Positions 35,936-48,433 of a stretch of 64,000 nucleotides of DNA are shown one piece after another. The translations under genes were made by a program, and so were the position numbers. This DNA comes from Phoronis australis (Eukaryota > Animalia > Phoronida). The notes below the pieces were generated by a model. That model was given only the letters and a program-made list of their open reading frames with translations. It was not told where the DNA came from and did not search any database. The stretch lies in contig NMRA01000011.1 in the NCBI GenBank assembly GCA_002633005.1, forward strand, positions 563,395 through 627,394, given 5' to 3'. The number at the start of each line of letters is the position of its first letter. The stretch's first letter is position 1.

Positions 35936-38860
35936 GTGAGCATGCAACACTCTAAGCGTTGATAGCGAGCGTCGGAGCAGCGTTTCCATTGCTTGAAGCT
36001 CTCTTGTGATAAACGATGAATTTGAATAAACACAAGATGTATTGATACGTACTGAAATGTTAACAGTTTATGCATATAGTGAAAACAATTTTGGTTAAGA
36101 TATTGTTCGTGGTTTGAAAATCGCCAGTGTGTCTGAAATCAGAATGAATAATATGCATAAAGATTTGATTCATGATTTTATGATTACCTTATAACCACGT
36201 GTACGCTGCACTCTTAATCAGGATGCAGAGTGCTACAAGAAAATTAGGATAGCTACCCATTTACTGCTTAATTCCGTGGGAAAAATCATGACTTTCCCCT
36301 CTATTGTTCCAAAACGTCACAAAAGGTAACCTTTCAAGGATTGTTTTTATTATTTGTTTATTTCACTTTCAAATAATGATTCTGTAGTGTTTGGAATGAC
36401 TAGGGTTTTTGTATGTTTACACTGATTTAAATGTATCAGTTTATTTAAAAACTGTTTCTTTCCTGATTATTCTTGTGCATACAGTTCTCCACGAAGCCAC
36501 TTTGTGGCGCTTGCTACAAATTTGAATATTCACGGTTTTAATGAGACACAGCATGTTTAAGCGACTATGTTTCAGCTCACTATTAAACATATGGACCCAA
36601 GAGCGAAAGCATTAAACGGAGAGAACCGAGATACTGCGGACAGTATCGAATTTTGGCGCTCAGTAAGGACACGCCCGAGATGAAAATCAGCGCTTATTCC
36701 ATAAGAAACGCTCGTTTACATTCATTTAAGCCAACGTAGTTGCTGCAGGAAGTCAATACAAAATTTCCACTTCACAGATAGTGATTTCACATACTGCTCA
36801 TAATCGCAAATTATCTAATGGAAATTAGATTTGAATTTTGAATCACAATTACGCCTTTCTCCGTAATAGAATAAATATATGCAGCAATATAAATTTTGTT
36901 TACGGAGTCGAGTTATATAAACTTGGTGTCGTGCCAACTGAGGCAGATCCCAAGTGCGTTACAGCTGAGGTCATTCATCATCACTGGTGGTTATAGCGGT
37001 TGAAACCTCGTCTAAACACGCCAATTTTCAAAACCAGGTCGAGTGAGCTCCAACAGTCTGTTCCACTATATACACAAAAGCTGAAAATTTGACGCGTATG
37101 ATTGGCCAAAGACTTCAAAAACTTTGCACAACGTCTATTAAAAACTTAATCCAGAGTCAAATTTTCCACTTTTACGACTACCGGAAGTGCAGTCGGCTAT
37201 TTGCAAAAACGAGCCAAAATACGCCAAACCAGCAGTTTTCACACCAAAGCCACCATTTGCATGCGATTACTGATACAGTGTCTTCGGACTGTCAAAACTC
37301 CATTTTCCAGAATGAGGTAAAAAGTGGTTGTCGACTACCTAGGTTTTTCACAAATCCAAAGAGTTTTGAGGGTATCTGAATTTTCTTCCCGCTTTCAAGC
37401 AGTAAAGGTTTAAGAAAAGCCACGGCAGAGCAAAAAGTAGCCCAGGGGGTCAACAGCTGACAATCGTTCACTCAGAATATATTCGAAAATCAAGCAACGG
37501 ATTCGTAGCATTGACATACAGCACAGAATTTGAAATGCCCAGCAAGCGCCAACTTTTAATGAAATTTGGGGAAGTAAAGTCAACCATAGCTCAAAAAACT
37601 ATTGAGTAACACCTTAATCACTAAGCTTGGAAAATCATCGTTGCCACTGCCATTAACCGTTGGAGGGCGCTTGCTCGGCTGATGAATAACCGGATTTTAG
37701 TAGGAGTACAGTATTTAACATGGCCATTATCATGAACAGTCAGTTTCAAACCAAGGACACTCTATCTAGCCTCATTGCAGCCCACAGCGCGCAGTCGGCT
37801 TTGTGCAAGACACAAATGCAGTCATCAAGTTCCTAACTATTGACTTCACAATTTGGAAAGTCATGTGAGTTGATATTTGGACAGTGTGATCGTAAACGTT
37901 GTTGTTACCCAGCGGACATCGACACTGAATTGAAAGTGTGTGAGAATTGTTGTAATGAGCGGACCACTCTGTTGAGGGGATCAACCTTAGTTGCTAAGTT
38001 ACTCGACGTCATTTCTATGAGCAATCAACCAAAATAAATTGGAACCGTCTAGCTTCTGCTATGGCACTGGTGTTCAGGCTTACCCAATCCATTATTCGCT
38101 TACTTGTTTGCACGGAAATATAAATTCATCGCTTTGTGATTTGAGAACAAATAAAGAAGAAACGATCTATGTAAAAGGTATTACATTTAACCTTTTCAAT
38201 GAAAATTCCATGATTCTGAAAATCGGCAACTGATAACCCCGTGTCCCGTCGAAGTGAAACTGATTTATGGATTACGCCACTAGTGCCGCTATGAATTGGT
38301 ATCAACTTCTTCCTTACTCAGATGGGCAGTGATTATGATCTTGCATAGTGAGAGTTTGTCACTGATCGAGAGCATGCTCAGTAACTATCGCCGTGACAAG
38401 TCCACTTGCATGGCCTAATCTCAAGCAATAACCAGTTGCGAATTCTTCCCTAGTTCATAAATATTATTTATTTTGACTACAGAATAGTTTAATACCTATT
38501 TCTTGACGGTAAGTGTTCTTAATCAAAATTATTTTTGTCACGGAAAGCGGGTCAATGGCTGCTTTAGTCTATCAAGTATTATACAGCAACTTCACCAGCG
38601 GACGACTTTCGGAGTCTCGGGTCCTCTTCCGGGACATGACCAAAACGCCACCGCATCACAATCACCCGTCACACACACTATTTCAGTCGACACATCTTTA
38701 ATCAAACATTTCTCAGGCTTAGCAAAGGTATTATTTTTGGCTCGGAAAACTGACTCTGATTTCAAAAACTATGACTAAATGTGCTTTTATGAACGGATCA
38801 CACTCACTGCAGGCTCGGGTATGGCGGAAACGCAGACATGCGAACGCTTGCGTTTTTTCC

Positions 38861-40729
38861 CGGGAATGTGCGGACTTTCGTTGTCATTTAAACACAGACT
38901 GGTTCATGCGCATACTGCGCACCAGAATATAATCACCATACCTTACTTGTGCTAGCTTTCCCTTTAAGGGATGAAACAGAATTCGCGTCAACTTGAAATC
39001 GGCCAGAGCTCATCGATATGCGCTAAGTTACATGTGATGAACAGCGACCCTTCTGTAAGTCAGGCTAACCGACTGTCGATTGGTGTCGTCCCATCTTCGT
39101 CTCTACCACTCCTCGTAGCGGCTGAGATGAAAGATTCTTTGTTGGTTAAATTAAAAACTGTTAACCAGGACTATACGTGCACTCTAGACAGCTGAACGTA
39201 AAGGTTTCGTTGTGTTTCTGCTCTACTGTGTAAAGGAGGGGCGCTGTAACGTTGGGTCTTCTTTTGATTGCTAGAAGTACTTCGTGACCACGTTACCAAT
39301 TGGTCTTTCTGCTGTCTAGTAATCAATGTGTAGTTGAATATCTGCTCGTAAAGTAAAGTAGCAGACTATTGCTGAAAGTAACGACACTTTGCACATGACT
39401 CCAAATCAGGGGAGTCAATTATGACTGAATTCTCGGCTTGCACGAAGCTGACTGCCATGCGCCGGAGGCCGGATCGAAGCTGACAGACAGTGGAGAATGA
39501 GAACCACAATAGGGCCCTTTCTATATTGGCACTCTCGAGAGTAATGAGAACACGAACGTGACTTCCGAATGATACTGGCTCAGGCGGAATTTTGCCAACA
39601 CTGTAATGTCGGAAAAGGTGTTAAAACGTTTTTTATATCAGTAGTCCGCAGTACTTGGGATCTGTTGGAAGCGACGAACGTTTGTCCATCTGGGGCTTGA
39701 TAGCCGCCTGACCTCTTAGTGAATTTCAATATGGCGCGGTTATTTCGAAAGTCAGCTGTTGTGGGGCTACAATTCACTAACACTAGTGGCATCTNCGGGA
39801 ATGTGCGGACTTTCGTTGTCATTTAAACACAGACTGGTTCATGCGCATACTGCGCACCAGAATATAATCACCATACCTTACTTGTGCTAGCTTTCCCTTT
39901 AAGGGATGAAACAGAATTCGCGTCAACTTGAAATCGGCCAGAGCTCATCGATATGCGCTAAGTTACATGTGGTGAACAGCGACCCTTCTGTAAGTCAGGC
40001 TAACCGACTGTCGATTGGTGTCGTCCCATCTTCGTCTCTACCACTCCTCGTAGCGGCCGAGATGAAAGATTCTTTGTTGGTTAAATTAAAAACTGTTAAC
40101 CAGGACTATAAGTGCACTCTAGACAGCTGAACGTAAAGGTTTCGTTATGTTTCTGCTCTACTGTGTAAAGGAGGGGGCGCTGTAACGTTGCGTCTTCTTT
40201 TGATTGCTAGAAGTACTTCGTGACCACGTTACCAATTGGTCTTTCTGCTGTCTAGTAATCAATGTGTAGTTGAATATCTGCTCGTAAAGTAAATTAGCAG
40301 ACTATTGCTGAAAGTAACGACACTTTGCACATGACTCCAAATGAGGGGAGTCAATTATGACTGAATTCTCGGCTTGCACGAAGCCGACTGCCATGCGCCG
40401 GAGGCCGGATCGAAGTTGACAGACAGTGGAGAATGAGAACCACAATAGGGCCATTTCTATATTGGCACTCTCGAGAGTAATGAGAACACGAACGTGACTT
40501 CCGAATGATACTGGCTCAGGCGGAATTTTGCCAACACTGTAATGTCGGAAAAGGTGTTAAAACGTTTTTTATACCAGTAGTCCGCAGTACTTGGGATCTG
40601 TTGAAAGCGACGAACGTTTGTCCATCTGGGGCTTGATAGCCGCCTGACCTCTTAGTGAATTTCAATATGGCGCGGTTATTTCGAAAGTCAGCTGTTGTGG
40701 GGCTACAATTCACTAACACTAGTGGCATC
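38861..40729. repeat. Tandem duplication 38861-39794 / 39796-40729 split by n (probable haplotypes)
   Basis: ~934-bp copies with several SNPs. Confidence 0.85.
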
Positions 40730-42164
40730 TTATGGTACAAAGTAGAAGCTCGTGCAATTTGAATTGGGAGAGAGGTGTTCTTAGTAGGGGTAAAATATGT
40801 CATATTCAAAGCGCCACTAGTATGTCACCTCTAGGGACCAATTTGGTGTCAATTGTGTAGGTAGAGACTTCCACTTCAAATTACACATTGGATTGCTGGC
40901 AAGCAGTGGACAGTACGTTTTACACTCACATTTGAAAATTGCTCGGAAATAGTTGTCCGTTCCTGGTAATGTCCTCCTGATATCACGTGGTGTATTATAG
41001 GCTACTGCGTTTCTTCAGCCTCCCATTCGTATGATTGCTGGGTATCACTGATCAGTAAAACGCAGGCTTCGCTCTCCATCGTATTAATGTTCCGACTTAT
41101 TCCCGTACCACGCGTTTACGACAAACGTCAAGGAGATTATGTCCACACTCCTTTCCTTATTACCATTCTTCCACGAAAGGCCTCTCTTTGCAGGTCGGGT
41201 TGTGACGAAAGGGAGTAAACCGGCAGTGTTTGTCGGCAACCATTTTGAATTTGTGAGACCAGAATGTAGTTGGTTATGGTCTGTGACATTTTTACGTGGT
41301 ACTGGTGTGGTAATCTTAGTCATTCACTTTGACAAAAGTCCACTGACATGGACACAAAAAAGGCGCGGGATCTTCTTTTTTATCATCTTAGTACTGCTGC
41401 AGTAGTTATTTTGTCGACCGGTTGGAGGCGCACTCGGCGTGCGTGAGGCGGTGAGTTGTTTGACTTCCTGGCGTTTAAAACCTTGCTTGTCTACGTTTAT
41501 GAAAAAAATGCTCAACTTTACGAATTCGAGTTCGGCATCCGTTGCACATGCGCTGGTGGTAACTAGGTAAGCAAGCCAAATTTGTGTATTGCGCTCTATG
41601 GGAACTCGCCGATAAAATGAAAAATTCTCTTCAACTGTTGCTTAATAATACATTTGTGCCAATTTATGGCATTGGCACACGAGTAGTGCGTAGTAATTTG
41701 CGATTGTTGTGGTAATTTATAAGGCTTTAATTGAAATAATTGAAAGACTGGTTTTTTCTTTGTATCGAGGCTAACTAACAGTGTAAACCTCGACACCCGG
41801 GATGGACTCCGCGGACACCTTGCACAATGTGCAAATAACCGGATTTTACCGACAACATCGCCATTTTACAATGTGCTGCGAAAATGCGAGTTTGCTACTA
41901 CCCTAAATATGTTGGTCATGGCAAAACTTCAACCTGCTCACAAATCCAGTCAATAACTTTCCACTTACATAGGAAACGCCTATGAATGAGTTTCATTGCC
42001 CTTCCCAAGTCAATATTCGAAATATTCAACATGGTGGACGAAACCGTGGACTCGTGGTGATTTGAGAGCTATTGAGTCTCAAAATGAATCAAGGTGCGGA
42101 CCATAACCAACTATGCTTTATTTTCAACCTTATCCATTTTATTCAATGCAGTTACACTTTTCAG

Positions 42165-42360
42165 GTGACAGGCTATGTGCTGATTGCGATGAACTACGTG
42201 AGTGACATCCCACTGAACAAACTCAAAGTTATCAAAGGGCATTCCTTGATATCGATAGAGAGGCAGGCGGACAACGCGCTGTTTGTAGCACTCAACTACT
42301 TGCCAGGCTCATATTCAAGCAGAGTCGGGCTCAGGTCATTGCGTCTCAAAGCTCTCAAAG
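42165..42360 (+). CDS. EGFR-like: EGFR/ErbB-like receptor L1 domain, exon 3
   Basis: VTGYVLIAMNYVSDIPLNKLKVIKGHSL...ALFVALNY...GLRSLRLKALK, compared with EGFR [25 protein letters not shown]...ALAVLSNY...GLKELPMRNLQ. Acceptor cttttcag, donor AAG|GTGAG. Confidence 0.93.
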
Positions 42361-42813
42361 GTGAGACTGGTAATCACGTTCGGGGCAAGGGTTCAAGGTG
42401 ATTTGGGCCTCTTTCAAAATCAAGAGTGTAGAGCGAACACAATCTATGTGATGCGACCACATCTGGTCTTGGGGAAGAGTGGTCATCAAGTTTTTTGGTC
42501 ATTGAAAATCTTACGTCAGGCTCACTGGTGTTTTCTAGGAAATAAAATTGCTAAAATGGGTAAAAAGAAATATTGCATGTCCAGCTTTTTTATAAGAAAA
42601 TGACATTATCAGAAATTTGTGAACTTCAATTTCCCCGAAATTTTGTATTTTACGTCCGCAAAGCGTTTCATTTGGATTATTGTTGGATGGGAGAACCCTC
42701 GTGTTTTGCTAACAAATCGCGAATTGTCGCCGTTGTCAGACTCTAAATCGGCTCTACCCTTCAAATGTTTTTGTGATGACTTCCTATTACTATGTATTTT
42801 ACATGTGTTTCAG

Positions 42814-42992
42814 AGATTCGCAGGGGAAACGTTTTCATCTTTGATAACAAGTTTCTCTGTGATTATCCTCGAGAAGAAAGCTTCTGGAACATCGTTTTGG
42901 AGAAGTCTGACAGCGCCATCTATAAGGCGCACGACAATTGCTACCGAGATGAACTGGAGATTAACGACTTGATACTTGAACAGTTATTTTAG
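42814..42992 (+). CDS. EGFR-like: EGFR-like L-domain protein, exon 4 (apparently terminal, ends in TAG)
   Basis: (E)IRRGNVFIFDNKFLCDY..SFWNIVL...DNCYRDELEINDLILEQLF*, compared with EGFR EILHGAVRFSNNPALCN..IQWRDIV. Acceptor gtgtttcag, phase 1. I see no consensus donor before the stop. Confidence 0.85.
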
Positions 42993-43875
42993 ATTGATTA
43001 GTGTAGGAGATTTGAACAGATACCAAGCTATCAGTATTAATTTAGTAGTGATTGATTTTATTCAATTGTATGAACCATATATTGTTGCACGAGGGTTACG
43101 TCAGAAATAGTCCGTTCACGTGATATATGCATTTGCAATGTACAAGATGCGATTCAGCCCATCTACACGTCATCAGTGACTGTGGTTTCCTGTTGTGCCG
43201 GAACGTGATTTATTATTAAAGCTATACAAATCTTTTGTGCTTTATTGAAACAATATCCAGACCAGTGGATAACGTCGACTTGACGCATACGCGAACTTTT
43301 GCGTAACTGATCTTGTTTTGACCCATAGATGGAGTTTTGGTCAAGCGGTGCGGAGCTCAGCTATGTGTAATAGAATTGAAATCATAAATCCTTGAACGTT
43401 CAGAGATGGTTTCTCTACACGTTCATGAAGCGCACTCAAACCAATCCAAACAGACAAATATAACATCATCTCACAGACCGTGCCTTGTACTGCAAAGATG
43501 ACTAAAAACAACAGAATGTGCTCTCACGATTAACATGACGATGGTGAGACGTACGCACCTTCAAAAAAATGTTTCGTCTCACTGACATAACTTCCGGACA
43601 TTGAGCTTCAATACACTGTGGTTCATATATTACATGACAATCTGTAAAAGTTTAAGAGCTAAATGTAAGTCTTTATAACGCGTGGAAATGATGAATAAAT
43701 GCGTTGCAAGAGTCAAAAATCATGAGTGACGTAATGGTTGTTTCAAAAACGTATATACCATGCAGAAGCCAACACCGCACTCGTCCGCATATTGATGGTC
43801 AAGAGAAACGAGCACTTTTCAAAACAATGTTTATTTACAAAAACTTATGAAACATACCACGCAGTTGGTAACAAC

Positions 43876-44418
43876 AGTCACAGTAAGTGAGCGCCGGATT
43901 TGTGCCACGTTTTTCACTGTGGATGGTTGGGCGCACTTCATTAATTTCATCTATACGTTCACAAATCTACTCAAACAAAACGTCCGACGTTGTGTCAATT
44001 CTATGCTCAAACCAGTGCTGCGATGCCTTGATTGTGATGAACTTCTGAGGCACTTCCAACAACTTTTACACTCGTTGATTCAATAACCTGCTGTCTCTAT
44101 AGATGGCTCTGTATTGACTAGCGCTGTAACTGCTGATTCTCTTTTCTGAAACTCAACTATAACTTTAACTGTAACTGACTTTCAACTCCCTTCAAACTGA
44201 AATTAACTGGCTCACTAACCCGTGCTTGAGTATTTATAGTCTCTTATAATGTTATGGAACTTTTCACCAATTCAAACACATCCTAGAACTTTTTGGAAAC
44301 TACCAAATTATTCTACATGCATACATTAGGCTCTAGAATGTTCCGGACTATATTAATTACTAACATTCTAGAATCTTCTAGAATGTTCTCTGCTATTCTA
44401 GCCAATCTCCTGACCACA
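43876..44418 (-). mobile_element. Probable solo LTR related to the LTR at ~54950-55470
   Basis: Colinear similarity, e.g. acactcgttgattcaataacctgctgtctctatag vs acactcgttcattgattcaataacttgctgtctctatag, plus tatttatag and ctagaac blocks. It begins TGTGGTCA on the minus strand. Confidence 0.6.
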
Positions 44419-44451
44419 GAACAATAAAATAAAATTTATTGAACTAATAGC

Positions 44452-44938
44452 GTTTTCCCATTAGGGGAACTTCGGTTTACCGATGCTTTGCCGAAATTTC
44501 GCTTACCTTTGCTGCTATACAGTGATATCGAAGTTATCGCTATGACAACACAAGACACAGTTCATGAGTAGCTCGTGAGTAGTGAGTTTGAGGCTAACTG
44601 AAAATTGTTCTGCCATTTATGAGTGTTTGAAAATGATCAGTGTCAATCTTCATCAGATATGCTTTTTTTTATTGATTTACGTGTGTCTATTGAGAGCACG
44701 TCGCAACGCTACAATATCAAAGAACACGTTTTGCGAGTCTCGCTTGATCGTATATCGTTGCCGCGACCCCTACCGTTAACTTCAACGAAGCTTCGCATTT
44801 AGCGTTCCCACTACACTGAAGCTTCTTTTTCAAATCCTACTATTTTAAGCAAAGTTTCACTTGCAGAGTAACTACCGGAGTTAACTTTCCCATTTACCGA
44901 AACTTCGGTAAAGCGAAGTTTCGCTTCTAATGGGAAAG
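44452..44938. mobile_element. MITE-like element with TTTCCCATTAG...CTAATGGGAAA inverted ends
   Basis: The inverted terminal match extends to aacttcg.tttaccga / tcggtaaagcgaagtt. A TSD is not evident. Confidence 0.55.
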
Positions 44939-47900
44939 CAACCTAAGACTCCTGACAGTTTGCAAAACTGGCCTTGTTGAATAAGAGCCGCGTTTTAAAT
45001 AAATGCCGGTTTTGAATAAATGGCAGGTCAAAAATGTCTTAGAAAAAGATGCACTCGGGCGTAAATACACAACACTGCGTTGTTGTTTTCTAATGAAAAA
45101 TTTCGTTTTTGAAAAGGCTTTCACCAACACGCACGGTTTGTTTATGTGCGACATGTCAATAAAGTCAAATCTCCGGCCTAAGTTTTCCCCACAAAGCAAA
45201 GCCCTATTGTCAGTCAACTCATACACTATGTCGAATGAACCAGCTGTATATAGTATCGTTTCAAAGTTCCTAACATTTTTATTCATTGTTATGCCACGTT
45301 AAAGTCAGATCGTGATGGGAAATACATGTAAGAATGCAAGATGACGCGCGCGTGTAAACCGACAAGATGTGAAACTCAATTCCCTGCAACAGTCTGGATT
45401 ACACAACCCTCCAGTAAAGTCAAGAAGACTTCATCACACTTCTGCAAATCCTACCAGTCACACTCTCACCGACTATCTACGTGTAGTTTCAGTCAATTTA
45501 TTCCATTGCCTGTGACTCACTCGAACGTTAAGCTTGTGTTCGGCTTCGAACACCGCGCTTCAAGTTCCAGTGTTTAAATGAATTAGTGTTTCTTTTTTCA
45601 CTGATCAATTTGGCATTATTTTGAGAAAATAAACTAAATAATGGAACTTGAATACGTAACAGCGACTGCCACGACCGTAAAGCGTGGCTTAGAACATAAT
45701 TCGAGAACATTTTTCAGCGATTGGTGCTTGACACCAAAATTCGGAACTCAATATCTCGAGAAAGAGTCCATCAATTTTTATCGTGTTTAAATTTTCTGAC
45801 AGCACAATGTCTTATTGTGGAAGCCGTGTCTCAGAGTTTTTATTACAGCTTTTTGTTATTACTTTGTGAAATGAAATTTCTCCATATATGTTGCTTTGAC
45901 ATATTTTTTGTTTATTTGTTTCTACAGATTTGTACTAGAGATCTAATGTTTCGTCTGATTGACAAGAACTTTTTTACTTAGTCAAGAGCCCGAGGACTGC
46001 TGTTCTTTGGCGAAATCGGACACAAGATGGCACTGTGGCGGCCAATGTTGAGTTATGTTTGAGGAGATCTAAGTCCGCGATCCTTTGACAGAACCTATTC
46101 AAAACTGGTAAGTAAATAGATGTCCTTGCGGGCTATCTAACAGATTGGCGTAAAAATCGTCGAGGTCATAGTTGCTGATGTTCCTGGTTTCGTCGTCGAT
46201 CTCACCTTTAGATTTTTATTCGATTTCACCAAGTGAAAATCAAGAGTGATATTGTTTTTAGATAAGTGCTCAACACTGAACGTATTTTCACCATGAAAAA
46301 CATAGACGCCAGCTCTGGAAAATCTCAGAATCGGTTTTTGAGCAATATTATCAAAGTTTTGTTACAGAATGTTCGATGAATGCTGCTGAAGGGACTTGCT
46401 CCCTGTCAATGTACCTTTCAAAAACATTTTATTGAAAATACACCGTCCGTGACCACGAGAACGGCACAGTGTTGTGAATTACATGAGAAGGTTGGTCTTG
46501 ACTCCTAATTTTAGAAAACATATCCTTTTGTGGATTGAATGTCGCTAGTTACTTAGATAGTTCAAAAAGGCAACATTTTAATTAGGGGTAAACGTAACCT
46601 TTTGCGAAGGAATGACGGTTTGCCGGTTGTTCACGCCGTTATGTGACTCGGCAGTCCTTGACAAAGGACTGTGTAGTTCAAAACGTCCAAAACGGCAAAA
46701 GGGAATTACTTTACCCTACGGCTACCAGAGACTCTGTAAAATTTTTCTATCAGTATGCAAGTTGTAGACGGTCTGTAACGAGGCAGACCGCGTTGAATCG
46801 TCGTGTGTCGGTGTTTTTCCAACTTTTTAAAGGATGGTACCGCAGTCAAACTATTCTGTCAAACTGGATCATAACCAACGTGTTTAGATGCAAGTGTTTC
46901 CTCGAGCACCAGCGTTAAAGCAAAAAAAAACAGTAGGCACTGGCAATCGAGTGTCGCTGTTTGTTCGTTAAAAACAACGGTGAAACAAAAGAGAAACAAG
47001 GATGGCGATTGTAATGTCATTCATTATGGTTCCTTGTTTTCCAAATAAGAAGGGACTTTAGTGGCACTAAAGACAAACTAAATGGGTGTTCATCGGGAAG
47101 TTTTTCTAGAAACATATAGACATTTATTCAACGTACACAGGATTTGTTAATGTATCGAAATATCAATACGATGATCCGAGAAACATTATCGCAATGTCTA
47201 TTTGTAAGATCTTCGCCCGGAGCTTCATTTTCCATGATTTAACTGAATTAGACCATGAGTTGTCAAGGTCATGGATTCCACATGAGGCTACCAAAGTTTC
47301 TGATGCCTTATGCCGTAACCGTAGCACCGTACTTCTACGAGCGTTTGAGCGAGACGACACCAAAACTCTAACTACATTAAAAACGTTACAGTCGCTGGCA
47401 AGGTCAGAAATCTTCAGCCCTCCAAAACTACTTCTGTAAAATGACTCGTGTGCGGGTGGTAATCGATTGGTTGCCGTACTCGCATCTCTTATGTCATGTT
47501 GGCTGTATTCACTCTCGAAAGGGTCGCTGCACACTCAAAGTCAGTCAATTCGCATATCGCCATCAACCATGGACTTTTCAAAATGCGACAAAAACATCAA
47601 TCCAGCTATAACTAAAAGTCCTTACATCGAGTTCAAGTTTACGTCCTGTTGAAACTTTGAAGTCATCGACAAAAATAACAGCATGCCTGTCTGAGATTGT
47701 GCCCAGCGGCTTAAGTGGATCAGTTCAGCATCGTACGTACTTTCTTAAATTCAACGTACTCAAAGCTTAACTTGAACGTTGTTCAAATTTGCGGTATTTG
47801 CAGAAATTTCTAAATGCCTATTTTGGTAAATGAATATCAACCCAAGCGCCACCATACGAGGAGGTCGAATGTTACTAACAGAAGATGACTGGCGTGTCAC

Positions 47901-48230
47901 GATACAAAGTTAGCGCATCACTAAGGCGATTACACCGAAACTCCAAATTTGGTGTAAAATTGTTGTAAGAAAATTACCATGTAAGTTACCGAAGGAAACA
48001 TACAGCTCGCACCTGCGCTGTATTTGAAAGTTAACTCGGTGCAAGGATATTCTACCGACAATTTGCTCGATTCCATCTCGGTAAAGTTTACGATCTAATG
48101 CAAGATGGTAGTACGACCACGCGGCATTTCACAGATCCCCGACAAAGGGGGCAACAACAACAATGTGGCGCCCTGTGAGGTGCGATCAATAAGGCTTTAT
48201 CCAACAACATTGGGTTGGAAAATTACGTCA

Positions 48231-48433
48231 TCACCATATTTTGTTTCGAGTTAAATGTTTTACAATATCTTTCATTAACCGATATCTCTGGAACACCATA
48301 TAACGTTTGGAATCCTCGTATCTGCTGTCCATCTGACGGATCATGTCTTTCACCATTTGGTTCTTTCTTCTCGACTCCCGGATCTGTTCTTGTAGGTCGT
48401 TATTTTCGTTATTTAAATCTTGAACACTCATGT
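48231..48433 (-). CDS. Uncharacterised coiled-coil repeat protein, last exon
   Basis: (D)MSVQDLNNENNDLQEQIRESRRKNQMVKDMIRQMDSRYEDSKRYMVFQRYRLMKDIVKHLTRNKIW*. The strong acceptor cttttctgtttccag is phase 1. The exon is paralogous to 57865-58197. Confidence 0.8.

Noticed and set aside
47163-47700. Faint resemblance to a LINE reverse transcriptase on the minus strand
   Set aside because: It is too degenerate, with no intact PQG or YADD-type motif.
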